Assembly: GCF_009914755.1 (NCBI RefSeq)
Contig: NC_060926.1
DNA: 64,000 bases
Reading direction: 5' to 3' (one strand)
Origin: the human T2T-CHM13v2.0 reference genome, Homo sapiens
The notes under the pieces were generated by a model. That model saw only the letters and a program-made list of their open reading frames with translations. It ran no database searches and was not told the origin of the DNA. Below, one piece after another: positions 27,162 to 44,731 of this stretch; position 1 is the stretch's first letter, and each line of letters opens with the position of its first letter. A program made the position numbers and the translations under genes.

Positions 27162-27512
27162 TAATTTGTACAATTTTTATTTCCAGTTGATTAAATATAC
27201 AAATATTAAAATGAGGTAAAGTTGAGTGACATATTAATACACATTTTTTTCTTTGTTAAACATTTCTTGTTGAATTGCATGACCAGCAGCCAATGGTATT
27301 TATGAATCAAAGGATGAAGTTAGAGCTGTTGGAGTAGAAACAAAGAGGAAATACAAAATATATATAAGAAATATATAAAAGAAAGAAGTCTAGCTAGAGG
27401 TCTAGCAAAAAGAATGCAAACTTTTTAAGCTTTATATAGTAACTTCATATTTTTTCTCAGATATTGCATGTATAACATAAATGTATGACATAAATAATTT
27501 TAAAAGATGCTA

Positions 27513-29245
<1,733 letters not shown>

Positions 29246-29309
29246 TTATTTTGCTCATTAGTTGATGCAGTTTCTTCCTAGTCTTGATGGTCTTTACATT
29301 TTGGCATGA

Positions 29310-31501
<2,192 letters not shown>

Positions 31502-34500
31502 ACACTGAGAACACATGGACACAGGAATGGGAACATCACACTCTGGGGACTGTTGTGGGGTGGGAGAAGGGCGGAGGGATAGCATTGGGAGATATACCTA
31601 ATGCTAGATGACGAGTTAGTGGGTGCAGTGCACCAGCATGGCACATGTATACATATGTAACTAACCTGCACATTGTGCTCATGTACCCTTAAACTTAAAG
31701 TATAATAATAACACATTTAAAAAAAAAGGTCATGAAATTACAAATATGGCCTAATAATTTTTATACTTGATCTCAATATACCCTGAAATGAATTCCTCAA
31801 GAAATGTTGTGAAATGTGCAGGAAAAACTTTATGCAAATTAACTTAAAAATGTAAATAGGATCATGTGTAGAAAAGTCAAAAGGGAAATTATGATAAGAG
31901 ATGGAGGAATTACAAAATCAAGCCATGACTGAGTGTGAGAACATCAAGGGTAAGAATAGTAGCTCATTCTTTAATATGACAGTGTCTAACCACTCAAGGG
32001 CTGAAGAAGAGAAACTATTAAACATTTCCTGATGAAAGATATACAAAAATGAATAAAAAGTTTGATGTAATAAAAGTAATACTAATAGCATAATTAAAAT
32101 AAATGAAGATCAGGCATAAAGATTTAAGCTGACATACCTTAGAAAATAGCAAGCTATGCAATTCCATTGCTTGGAAATTTACAAAGAGTTTATTAATTAC
32201 ATATTTAGCAGATTCATAAGATATATATTATTTTAATATACCTGTAGAGAACATTATTATTTTCTTTAGTCCACCAGGTAGGCAAAAGTATTTCGGCCAC
32301 CTTTTTTGTGTGTGTGTTTATGTTGCATACATCTAAATTAAGAAATTATTTAACAATAATTTAACAAAATTATTCTAGGTACTGCTTTGGAAAATTTATC
32401 CAACATGTTGTTATGTTCAATATGGTATACTTGACTGCTTTACAAAATATTATTATACATTCAACTGGCAGGGAGCTTCTAATTTTCAACTTTTTAAGGA
32501 AAATGCAGAGATATTTGAATCACAGTTTAATACCTATGCAAGGACATTGTGGCATATAGTTACCAGGAAAAAAAATGCCTGTGAGGACGGGTTGCTATAA
32601 AAATCACGAATATGTTATAAAAAGAACAGAATAAACAAATTTTGAATCATAATTCTTAATTTATCCAAATTATCATCAAATCTTTTAAGTAGGTAATTTT
32701 TTAGAGTTTGAAATTTGTGTTAAATATTAGTATTTAATGATCTAAAATCACATAATTCACTGAATATCCATTGAACAAATTTATACAACATAGGTGTATT
32801 TTGCATCTCTAAGGCATGGATGTTTATATTTGTCACTGGACACTGCAAAGTACATACTGTGCACTGAAGATTAATAAACATAAATGTTTAATACAATGCA
32901 AATGTGACGGCTTGGGAGAGCTTGGGCTGTACATTCTGACTTTTCATTAGCCATTCTTCAAGTTGACAGACAAGCCTGTCTCAACTCATTATTTTAGGGC
33001 TTTAATAGTCTCTTTCAAACTTTAGTATTTTTTAAAGTATTAATTTTCTCTTCTTTGTAAAAAAAAAAAGAGAAGAACAAAAACTCAATTATATACCTGT
33101 TAGTTGGCTCAATAGAATGGTAATAGTTGTTTATTATGGTCTCTTAATACAGTTGCATAAGTGCACTTGAAATGTAAGCTATTTACTTAATAGACTGTAA
33201 TTACTTTCTGAAACTGCTTAGAGCCAAGAGTTTTTGGGTTTTCATGTAAGTATTCAATGTTATGAATGCCACTGGCACTTTCTAGAAGAACAATCCATGG
33301 GTTCTTTAGTAGTGTTCATCCCTTGGAGTTTGGAATAAAAATTTAGAAAGCTGGAGGTGAAAGGAGCCTGTGAGCTCATCGTGCCAGACTACACATGACA
33401 AGAGCAAAGCTGGGTGGTGGCAGAGAAGCCACAGTCAGTCCCAGCAGGCCCATGACACAAAGGTTGCCTTTGGAGATTCAGTTGCACATTCTTTCCTCTA
33501 CACAGTATTATCAGGTTGTGTAACAAAAGTCAAACATTAACTATTGTTGCTTCTTATGATCACATGTATTTCAGGTGGAATGCTAAATGCTCAGGTAGAT
33601 GAGAATACTAAATATTGTATGAGCTATCCTTGGCATATGGTATCAAATGCTAGTGGAAGTGTTGGGCATGTGAGGCTTTTACTCCTTCAATGTTTCAGTA
33701 ATTGTGGAAAAATTAAAGAATTCATACCAGGTCTTGCCTCTGCACAGCCCCAACCCCCTCTTCTCTAGCTAAGTCACTTGGCAGGCAGGCTGAGCCGGGA
33801 TCTAGAACTGGGAATTTGACCATGCATGGGAGGGTTGAGAGCGTGTAAAGCCTTCTATTTGGGGACACAGGATCAAATCACATCTGCTGCTAGTTTGACC
33901 CTGACCTTGTAGATCAAGTAGAATAATTGGCCTTCTGCCTTATTCCTCAATCATGGTTCTCTTCCCGCATTTACCCTACTCTGGCTTTCTTGTCTGAATC
34001 CCAGCCTTGGAACTTGATCCTCTAGAATATTCTTTCACAGGGGACTTTAGTCTGCCTCTTTCTAAAGTCTGGGACTCTGTTACCTGTATACAGATTTGCA
34101 TGGGGCTCCCTTCCCACCTGCCTGCCGCAATTCCTGACACTCTGCTATGCTGCCAGTTGAGTCACCCCCTTAACTTCTATTGGATCTCCCAATTTCAAAT
34201 GCTGTCCTGGCTAGCTGGCTCTTGTTTACCCCCATGTTTCCTGAATGTTATATCCTACTATGTTATATTTCTACCAGCACCAACAGCTGCACTTGATAAC
34301 CCTAGAGACTGACTTTCCCACGGAACATAAAATTTCAGGTTCTGGCCACTATTATCTGCTCAGTTCTTCTGCATGTAACTGCATTGCCTTTTCAAAACAA
34401 CAGCATCTATTTGTGAATTAACCAGAAAAACTATAATTGCCTTGGAACTAAGGGGATTATGTTTATGTCAGTTGTAGATTAGTTTTAAAAATTTAAAATT

Positions 34501-35552
34501 AGCTCACAGAGACATTTTGCAATTTAATTTCGCAGTTTGCCATGTAGCTGTAAAATTAAACCAAACAGTTTATTATTTCAGTCCTGGAAACATTATAAAC
34601 AATCTTTCAGACAGCTGACTCACTTGAAGAAAATGGGGTTTTTCCATATACAACTTTGAGAACCACATAATTTGGGTTTGATTTAGAAGTGAACCCATGA
34701 GTATTGAAGAGGTCTGAATTTGGCAAAAGTGCATTTTTTTAATAGCAACATCTAATCTTTGCATAAAGCAAGATCATGGCTGCATACCAAGTAACTTGTA
34801 TTTATTTTTAATTGATGTGAAGAATTCAAATCCTCTCATAAATTTTCTAACTGTGATTTTACTAACATTTGGTTTGTTAAACTTTTTTTCTTTGACACTA
34901 TTTGAGGCTAAAAATTAGAAAGTCGTGATTCAAAAGACAAGAATAATTGCAGCTCTCTTAACTTCTCTGCAACTTTGCCGGTCATATCACCTTTCTAGCT
35001 TTCATTTTCTCATCTGTAAAATCAGAGTTTTGGGGATAGTGAGAAGGAAGGAGATGAAATGTCTCCCAATTCTACTATGCCAAGATTTAAAAAGTTGGAG
35101 AAATACTTGGAATTGGACCTATTCCTTAATGGAATGTTTTCTTTTAAGGCAGAAAACTTGAGACAGCTAATGAAATTAGCTACTCCTTCCTTTTTACCTA
35201 ATCTTAACATTTTCTCTCATTTAAATCTATTTTTCCTCTATGTTTCTCACACTTTTCCCCCTCAAAAGAGTCCACCTCAACCACAAAAATATTTCTAGTG
35301 TTTTGGGTTTTTTGGGGTTTTTTTTCCTGTTTACAAGAGGGTACAACGAAAACAAGTGGTAAAACATACACTTTTAGAGCTAGCAAAGACTCTAATGATG
35401 ACCAAGGGTCTTGTAATAAAAGAAAGAAGTGAGGAGAAGAGAGGTGACAGAAAGAAAGGAAAGGTAAGTTTTTAATTAGATCTGGTAGAACTATGAAGAA
35501 CAGAAACTCTTTCAACTAGGGTACTTTATTATAAACTCTTCCTGCAATTTCT

Positions 35553-35878
35553 ATTCTTTTTCTTATTTATTTATTTATTTATTTATTGGAGACAGGATCT
35601 TGCTCTGTTGCCCGGGCTGGAGTACAGTGGAGTGATCATAGCTCACTGCAGGCTTGAACTCTTGGGCTCAAGTGATCCATCCTCTTGCCTCAATCTTCTG
35701 AGTAGCTGGGACTATAGGTGCACACCACCATGCCCAGATAATTAAAAAAATTTTTTTTTGTAGAAATTGGGTCTTGCTCTGTTGTTCAGGCTGTTCCTGA
35801 ACTTCTGGCCTCAAGTAATCCTCCTGCATTGGCCTCTGAAAGTGCTGGGATTACAGGCATGAGTCAACACACCCAGCT
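35553..35878 (-). mobile_element. AluJ with (TTTA)n tail
   Basis: gatcatagctcactgcag, gggctcaagtgatcc, ggcctcaagtaatcctcc (J diagnostics); TSD ttcctgcaatttct / tccctgaaatttct. Confidence 0.92.
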
Positions 35879-35942
35879 TTCCCTGAAATTTCTCTCTTTA
35901 CTCTCCCTCACTTAAGGCCACATCAAAGCATTAACAGATAGA

Positions 35943-35950
35943 TCTATCTG

Positions 35951-35992
<42 letters not shown>

Positions 35993-36003
35993 ATCTATCC
36001 ATC

Positions 36004-36044
<41 letters not shown>

Positions 36045-36062
36045 CATCTATCTATCTATCTA
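35943..36062. repeat. Compound (TCTA)n tetranucleotide STR
   Basis: TCTA TCTG [TCTA]10 TCA TCTA TCCA TCCTA [TCTA]9 TCCA [TCTA]4. Confidence 0.97.
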
Positions 36063-36559
36063 TTCATAGGTAGGGGAAAAAATCAAGGAAATCATCTATT
36101 GAGGAACCCAGAGAGATTTGGAAACTCGTTACAGAAACTGGCCTTTAATTGAGAAAATAATGGAAGATCTTGGAACAAAATTATTTAATTTGAGGCTCTT
36201 AGCACCAGACTTAGCTTCCCCATTCCTATGATTTTCTTCTGCAACTTTAGCCAAGGCACATAATCTAATTTCAGTTACTTCTGCATAACTGAGAGAATAC
36301 AACCTGTTCCTTTCCTCACAGAGTCATACCAAACTAGATGAGGAAGATTCAAGGGAGAGTACTTCACAAACTTCAAAAGACTACGTCAACATAAAATCAC
36401 TTCATTTATTTTTTTCTCCATAGAGTGAACTTGCTTACTCCACACTAAGCACAGTTTTATTTACAAGACTATTGTTTGATAGAATTTTCCACAAGTTCCA
36501 AATTAAATGAATGAAAACTATTTTATATATTTATATTTACTAGTGTCAGGCTCCTTCTA

Positions 36560-36708
36560 CATAGGCATTGCTATTTCCGTTTTATAGTTGAAGAAACGGA
36601 GCCTAAGGAGATTAAGTTACCTGCCCAAGGTCATAGAATTTCTAAGTGACTGAGCTGAGATGTAATTCTGAGTATGCCTAATTCCAAAATCCATGATCCT
36701 TCCACTAG
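36560..36708 (-). mobile_element. MIR SINE
   Basis: ttttatagttgaagaaacggagcctaaggagattaagttacctgcccaaggtcatag. Confidence 0.8.
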
Positions 36709-36977
36709 TATTGGATTCCAAGGACTATGGAGACAAGCCCCTAGGCTACAATGCATACATGAGTCAAATGTGCCCTTAGTGATTTGGGATGTTTTACACA
36801 GAAATTGTTTCTAATGTGAGAGAGACAGTGGGTCCTTCAACGCTAGCTGAGACAATACCAAAGAGGGGGAAATGAAAGTAACATTTATGAAAAATAATTT
36901 TTTAGCAAATTCATATCTATTGAACCAGGCATTTAGCATAAGTTATTTCAGGGTGTTTAAATATTTATATTTATTTT

Positions 36978-37155
36978 GTGCTTTACGGCTTTCAAACATG
37001 TTTCCACATATATAATGTCAGTCCTTATCATGTCCTGGTAAAGTAGATATTATTTCCACTCCATAGAGAGAAACCGGTGACACATCTAAAGCATGACAAA
37101 CCAGCTAGTGACACGGCCAAGGCTTCTGACCCTAAGCTTTGGGCTCACTGTTCTA
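36978..37155 (-). mobile_element. MIR (MIRb/c-like) fragment
   Basis: gtgctttacggctttcaaacatgtttccacata...gtagatattatttcc...cagctagtg. Confidence 0.55.
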
Positions 37156-40100
37156 TGAAGGTCAGTTCAGTGCTCAAGCAGGGCAGATGAGGGTAGAGCA
37201 TGACACTGGAAACTTAGGAAGCCAGGGCTGAAGCTTAGATGACAGTGAAAAAGAAAAACAGAAAACTGGAGTACTTTGTCCACTTTAGTGTTTCGCCCTG
37301 GGCTAACTGGAAGGTGGCACTTGGAGAGATCATGCTTATTCGTGGCATAGGAACTGAAGTTTTGGGTATATCCATTTACAAATGCAAAGGAGAAAAGTAA
37401 TTCCTGAGTGTAGAAGTGGGACCTATTTCCCTTGATAAGCATCCTTTGCTATCATTGGGAAAATGAACATCTTATGAGGAAAATCCTACCAAATTGTAAT
37501 CATTGTTACCAATATTATTATTATTATTTTCAGTTCTACTAAAATCAAAAATTAGTTTTCATTCAGATTTATGAGTTTTTTTTTTTAATCTGTGGCAAGG
37601 AAATCAATTGTATGTTATGTCTACGCATCTACTGAAACGCCTACACTTGGACTGATTGGATCATAAAATAATCCTATGTGTTAGTGAAATTCAGGCTTAG
37701 CATGAAGAAAAATGTGTCAGTTTTTTTTCTGAGCTCATTTATGAGGCTTATGAGGGCTCTGTGGATCCTTGAGTCATATAAATAATTTGAGCAGCAAGCC
37801 AAGGCATCTCTTACTTGTATCGACTGAGCAGAGAATGGGGCCAGAAGGGAGACTTCACTGCACCTGCATATGAAGCTCGTCTCTCCTCAAGAATCAGGGT
37901 CATGCTAAAGTGGTCCCTTGGCTCCCTTGTAGGCTGAGCCACTTTTTAGTCTCTCCCGGGAAATAGAAAAGGAACGTCAGTAAGATGCAGGCTTATTCAG
38001 CTTTGGTTCCTGTAGAGGGAGATGCAGCACATCTTGGCTGATGGAAGTGTATGGAAAGAGCCACTGTAATCACTTTTCCAAGGAGGTAATGTCCTTCTTG
38101 ATCCTCGGCTATGTCAATATGAAACTTCTGTTTTCCTCAGTTTCAGTGAGTAGGTTGGAGACTCGTTAACCTCCCTAGTGTTTGACATATGGGTTTCAGG
38201 ACAAAAACCTGTAGGGCCTCTCATCCTTGGTGCAGTGAAACAGGGAGCAATTCCAGGGATATTGGCAGATAAACTGCCCCTGCAGCAAAAGGGGACAGAT
38301 GAAAAGTACCATTTATTGAACAGGGTGGGCACTTCTGAAATGTAACAAGCCTTTCCGAAAGTCTACATTTCTTATAATGGCAACAGAAGCAGTTGGTTTA
38401 ATGATGAACCCTAGCGAAGACAGGCACAGAGTAGATAGAGTAATCAAAGATAGAAAACACTTTTTTTTTTCTCAGAAAGGCTGACAACTGGAACTGTGGG
38501 GATGAAGAGTTACGTAGAAGCAATGATTTCTCTTTTCGGAAATACTCTGCTAATTATTTTTAAATGACCTTTAATGGAGAAGTATAACTTGTTTTCTTGG
38601 ATTGGAAAAAATAATGGTGACACCCTCCTGAATAGCTGTTGCTAGTTCCTATAGTAGTTCTCTACCTTCATTCAAAATGGGCTTGACTATAGATCAGGTC
38701 ACATGTACTCCAGGCTGTTCTCTGGAAAATATGCAGAGAATGCAACTCTATGACCTTTTTGAGCTTGTGCTAAAGGCATCATAGCTCACAGTCAGGAAGG
38801 TCTTTCTAACTGAACCCTTGTCCTCTGGCAGTGCTAACTTGTTTACATTATTTATGGTTCACAGCACACGTCCATCACTTAGAAATGATGTAAGTTGGTT
38901 CCCAGACCAAAGGAAAAAAGATTTTTCTGAGTGCCTACAAAATAACAAGAAATGAATGAGAGCCAGTACATATCCTTCAGGAAGATATATTTTATGATTC
39001 ATTTTGTAAGTAAAAGTGTGTAAATAAAAGCCAAAACATGGAAGAAATTATCACCTCAAGAAATAAACATTGGGCTCACTATAAGAATATGAACAGGGGA
39101 GGCTTCAAAGAGGAGGGACACAGCACAAAATTACCCTATTCCACTCAATTTTGTAATACTTAGTCCATTCTGTGGCATTCAAGTCAATTTAATTCACTTC
39201 AATTTTGTTTGATGCAACTCAATCCAACATTTTAAAATGACAAGATCTTCATGGGTTGTTGTAGAAAGGAGGTTCCCTCTGAATATCATGTGTCCTGGAT
39301 GAGCAATTAATTATTTGGGTTAAAAGAAAGAGGACTGGAGAGAAGAACAGATCAAACAATCCCACCCTAACAGATGTCACTGGAGAACCTCTTTTAGCAG
39401 AGCAGAGTCAGGGAGGTTGAGAAGAGTGCTTGGTTTGGGGTAGGAAATAGAGGGCACAAACTCAAGGAGAGCAACCCTGTGGGAACTGAGGAACATGTAG
39501 AGAGAAACCTTCATAATTCCTAGATAGAAATAGTCCCCAGATGTCAAGAGGTCTGGGTGATATAGAGAAAGGAGTGAAATGAACAAAACATTTTGAAATG
39601 TGGTAGAATTTAAAAAATATATTAGCTGCACACAAGGATGGTCAATGAAGTATTTATTGGCATTGCTTTGCCGTAATTAAAACTCAGAGAGAGGCTATAC
39701 AGCAACACGATTTTCCAAAGTTTTGAAGAATGGAAGTGGCCATAGTGGGTAATGGTGGCAGGCTTCACGCAACTGAAATTTGATAGATCCCTGGATATCT
39801 CCCTGATTTCTGAGCAGAAGAATTTCCATTTTGATTTCAAATAATAGTGGTTGCTTTCTTTATTCGTGACAGACTGAAACCAATAGGCAGATAGACCCAA
39901 ATTTTAAAAACTAGCATTGCATACTGCACAACTTACTTTGCTAATAATTGCACTTTTGTATCCGTAAGTGATGGAACAAAATTTAATAAATCAAACAACA
40001 ATGGATAGCTATTTTCAGAACTGCATGAAATATATGAATGGCTAAACAATACAACAATCACTACTATAACAGCTGAGCAAGAATAGAGTCATTGTTTTAT

Positions 40101-41112
40101 TATATCCGTTACCAAGGTATTTGGGGCACATTCGTTTGGAGGTGAGAGCTTATTACCTTATTATAAAAAGAGGCATTGGAGGTTATATCACCTGCTTGTC
40201 CTTTCTAACCATGGAAAATTACCTTGTTTAACTGCAATTCTTTTAAGATTTTTTTTTAAAAGTGTATTTAAATGCAGATTTTCTTACCCAAGATGCAAAC
40301 GTTTTTATATAATGTTATCCTGTTAGGTCACTAGACTGACTGAAAATTAATATCTATTTCATTGGGTAATATTTGCACTTATTGGGAAAAATGTGATATC
40401 AAATGCCAGGAGTAAAATGACAATGTCATATATCTTACTTTATTGAAAATTGGTTTGATTTACAGTTAAGAAAACTGCAATAATCCAGAAAGATGCCTGA
40501 AATCTTGTTGCTACAAAGGGACCCACCCACCCAAAGAAAGAAAAAGTAGTGATGAGATACTCATGTTAAAAGGATAAACTGCTGAGTTGCACTCCCCCTC
40601 AAACTTCTCATTTGAAGATGATAAGCTCAGTGTCTGCAGGAAGACCTGGGGAGATCTCCAAGCACAAGCCAGCTTGCAAAGCAAAATAGGCTGGATAAAC
40701 TGAAGTGCGATTTAGACAGGGCTGGATAAGCATGGCTGAACAATACTTCCCCGTGCAGTCTGAGATTTAAAGAGAGGTGATTCTAAAAGGTCAAGATTAC
40801 CCCTGCTGGAATAGGATGTAAGACTCCATTTGGACTTAGCTGTCCACCTAGTTTGGTTTTGGGTGATGTTAAGCTGAGATTTGCTGCCCAAAAACATTAA
40901 TCACAACCGGCTATTCTTTCTTAGGATTGAAGAGGGTTTTCTGGAGTCCATCATTAAGATATAAATAAACCCAGGAGACATTATCCCATACTCTTTTATA
41001 TGGAGTGATATTCTAGCATTTAACCCTTTAGTAGTAAGGAGTAGCAGCGATAAAACACAAAATAACCACTTTAGAACTGGCAGAAAGTTTCCTTACAGAA
41101 ACTCTCCTATTC

Positions 41113-41336
41113 CATGACTCGGTTGAGACTTTCTGCCCTTTTAGTTGTAGGACAAGGCCAGGAACATACAGCGCTTTGACTCTGCAATCTAATTTTTCAT
41201 GACTCAGCTTTGAAGCCAGCCCTGCTGAAGGGGGCCTGGCTGAGTCATGCTGTTTGTCCCTGGGCTTGCCCTATTTGCCTTGGCACTGTGAGACGATTGA
41301 TTTGCAAACTTTGGGGCAGATAAGGTCACATTATCT
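41113..41336. promoter_or_regulatory. Candidate enhancer: AP-1/ARE (NFE2/NRF2/BACH-sMAF) cluster plus paired GATA sites
   Basis: TGACTCTGCA (41177-41186), ATGACTCAGC (41199-41208), GCTGAGTCAT (41239-41248), AGATAA (41318-41323), TTATCT (41331-41336). Motif evidence only. Confidence 0.45.
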
Positions 41337-42529
41337 TTAGATCTACAACACAGCATTTCAAGTGACAACAAAACTGTTCAAACAATTGGACTGGGAGGAA
41401 GAGAACTGACTCTGACACTAATTAGCTGTGTGATCTTCCACAACCTAGGAAACCTCTCCAACCTCACTTTCCTACCCAGATAAGGAGATTAAACCTGATT
41501 TTTCTATGATCATTGATTTGGATATTAGAGGACACCTGTATCTAGAAAGTAAAATCAGAAACAAATGAGAGTTTGATATAATTGCTTGCTCATAAATCTT
41601 CCCACGCTGAGTAGCATTTTAAATGTTATATTTTAGTTGCTTAGTGAGAGTGAGACATTTTAAATCTACTTTTAGCATAAACAATGGAGGCAACTTCTGT
41701 GGTAAATGCTAAATTTCAAAATTGCATCCCTGGTTGTATTTTTGAAGCTTTAAAAACCCCCCACTATTTAAACAAGTCTGCCTGACTAATAGCTGTAAAC
41801 TGTAATTGGTTATGATATATTTAGGGAAATTTTTATTTATCAGAATCTACAGATACTTCAGGTAGGTGAGCAGATGGTTAGTAGCAAGAGAAGATACAGA
41901 TTTCCAATAGTAAGGAGACTGAGATTTTCATCATGCTTTCCATAAAGAGGAAAATTTAGACATACTTTCAGAGCATGTACAAGTAGTAAAAATTGTTCTT
42001 CCTGATACACAGCAGGATATCACAGTCATCTTTTACTATATAATTACATTTTCTCCAGGGTTATTTTGTCAATATAACAAAGCTTAAACAAGTTGAAATT
42101 CACTAAACTATCACATTGTTATCCTTGTTTCAGTTATTAAGTATAATGGTAAAGAAAGTTTCTTAAATACGACTAATACATCTATTTTTAAACAAGCAAG
42201 GAAAAAAACTCCAAATTCTTCCAGTGCTGACCTATAATAATTTTACTGTAAAAGTATGTAAAATATGTGAAAAGACAAAATTCAGAATTAATTTCAAATG
42301 TTCACAGTTCCTAACAGATTTATAATCCTAATGCATTTACAAATTTAATACAACAAAAACCACACAATGGAAATGAGTAACAGTATTTAATATTATGATT
42401 GGTGTTACCTGGCTGGAAAAAACACCAGCAGTAAGAATAGGGCACTAATGTCTTCATAAAGCTGTCCTTAAAAGAGCAAACAGGGCACTGGCCACTGATG
42501 CAGATTATTTTGTAGTAATCACACCTATA

Positions 42530-42841
42530 TGGGTCTATACATATCTTCTAAAAACATTGGGGCAAGATCTATTTCAGATTTGAAAGGCTTTCAGATTTTA
42601 GAAAGGGCAGTACCCAATAATCAAGCACATTGATATCTATGCATCAAAATATATGAATGTATACATGTTCATAGTAAAATATATAGATAAAAGCTGTAAA
42701 TAATTTTATGTCCATACAGGTCACACCTTGCATTTATAGTTACTTACTGCATGTGGAATTGCTCTTACTTAAATACATGCTTACTGCATTTTAAAACTAC
42801 TTATTGCATTTAGAACTGTGGATACAGGTGTATAGGCCTCT
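42530..42841. mobile_element. MER96B-like DNA-transposon MITE
   Basis: ttggggcaagatctatttcaga...tttcagattttagaaagg...taatcaagcacattgatat...gaactgtggatacagg. Confidence 0.6.
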
Positions 42842-43440
42842 AATACCATATGCTGTTTGATGATGTAATTTACATTTTGTTTTACATCCTTTCACACACC
42901 CAAACTTGTGAAATTCTCATGGGAGGGAAACATCATCTATATCTTATGTCCATTTCCATTTTATTTTTATTCGCAGTTTCAATATGGTTAAATAATTATT
43001 ATAGAGCATTATCTAATCCCCAAGAATATGTCCTTGAACTTTCAAGAACCTCAGATATTAGTCTGAGAAATGTACCAATATCTCAAATTGGGATAATATC
43101 TCAAACTTGGGAGCCAAGAAGGTGGACCCCAGGTACAACCTAAAGTGGTTTAGCTCTTGAAATATCAAAAGAATCTTGTTACAAAACAGGGAACATTGAC
43201 GGTGAGGTATAAATCCTAAAGCTATGGAAGGTTGGGGTGGAAGTATTTGAGAAGCTATGCCAGGGAGAACTCACCCTTTAGTCTTTACATACATCACATC
43301 ACTGGGAACCTATTACAACTGGGGAATCTAGATCTCAAGTTTACACAGCATTAGAGCTCAGAGGCACTGCTGTTGCAAGATTATGCTTTTCCCCACTAAT
43401 TATGCTTCTAACTTAAACTTACTCCATGTAGAAAGAAAGA

Positions 43441-43663
43441 AGTCATGGGATGAGCATGAGGCCTAAGTTTTGTCCTAATTCATTCTCCTTTTAATTTTTT
43501 TTTTTTTTTAGCTCTGGGCAAGTCACTTTCCCTGATTCAATCCCCAGCTTTTTTTTTTTTTTTTTAGTCTGTAAAGCAAGAGCTCTACCTGTCTCACCAA
43601 GTTTTGTAGGACTTACTGAGAATATGGGTGTTTATGAAAATGCTTTGTAAAAAGATGTGCTGT
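43441..43663 (+). mobile_element. MIR with expanded T-tracts
   Basis: ctgggcaagtcactttccc...tctgtaaa...ctacctgtctcac...gaaaatgctttgtaaa. Confidence 0.65.
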
Positions 43664-44731
43664 CAGAGTGTAACTGAATACTAATCAACACTTCACTTCT
43701 GGGCAAGAGTAGAGAATAGGCTCCTGCAGCCGGCCTGGGTTCCGAGTTCCCAGATGATGTGGATGGAACTGCTGGGTGTGGGCTCTCTCCTTGATGTTTC
43801 CCCTCTCACCTTGTTCTCCTCAACCAGGGGATTTAAAAGTGGTTAATTTGGAAACGTAAATAGGACTACTCTGAAACCCATACGTTTCTTGATTTCTGTT
43901 TTCCTATCATCTTTGCATTTTTTGTGTGCTTAGATCTTTCTGCTGCAGTTGTAAACTTTTTCTGCCAGGATCTTTTTATTCATCTTTGTGTCTCTTCCAG
44001 TCTCACTTCTTCTGCCCCACAACTAGCAAATTTATTTGCAGAAAGCAACAGTTGAATACTTGTGTCTGTTCAATAAAATGTAATAAAATGGAACATGTGC
44101 AAGTTTTAAAAATGTAGTATATCTAAAGACCTAATCTTTCCAAACTGGGATACATCTAATCATGTATAGATTTTTATTCTAATAATACAGAGATTTTGAA
44201 AGGAAATAAAATTTAAATTAATCTTCTGATAATGATTGATAAAGCATTTCTAAAATATCTTATATAACCAAATGATAGTTTCTATCTAGTATAAATAGAC
44301 ACAACAGTATAAAGCATTAATTTTTAAAAAGACAGACTTGAATAAAAAATGAAATAATTCCCAGTTTTATATGTCATATTTCATTGACCCAAGCTGAGAG
44401 TAAGAATTTTCAGGAGCACTATTAGATTAATATTAAGGCAAATAAGAATAGTGTTGGAGTTGATCATGTTGACAAGTCTTATCTATATTTATTTAAAATG
44501 AATAAATCATATATATTATACAGAAATGCAATAAATGTGTGAACTCATAAAGCCACAGAATGATTTGTCCAGAATCTCACAATACCTTAAAGTGTTTATC
44601 AAACCCTGAAATGTATTTTCACATAATAAAATTTTCCTTTTAAAAAAATTAAATTTTCTGATTTTCTTCCTATATAGTTATGATTAGATTACTATCAGTT
44701 CATCAAAGTAATATCCTTTTAGTTTGCTGAT

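Noticed and set aside
39622-39900. 92-aa minus-strand ORF in repeat-free DNA as a coding exon
   Set aside because: Non-ATG start, no family motif and no convincing splice pair. It could be a conserved non-coding element, but that cannot be judged from one sequence.
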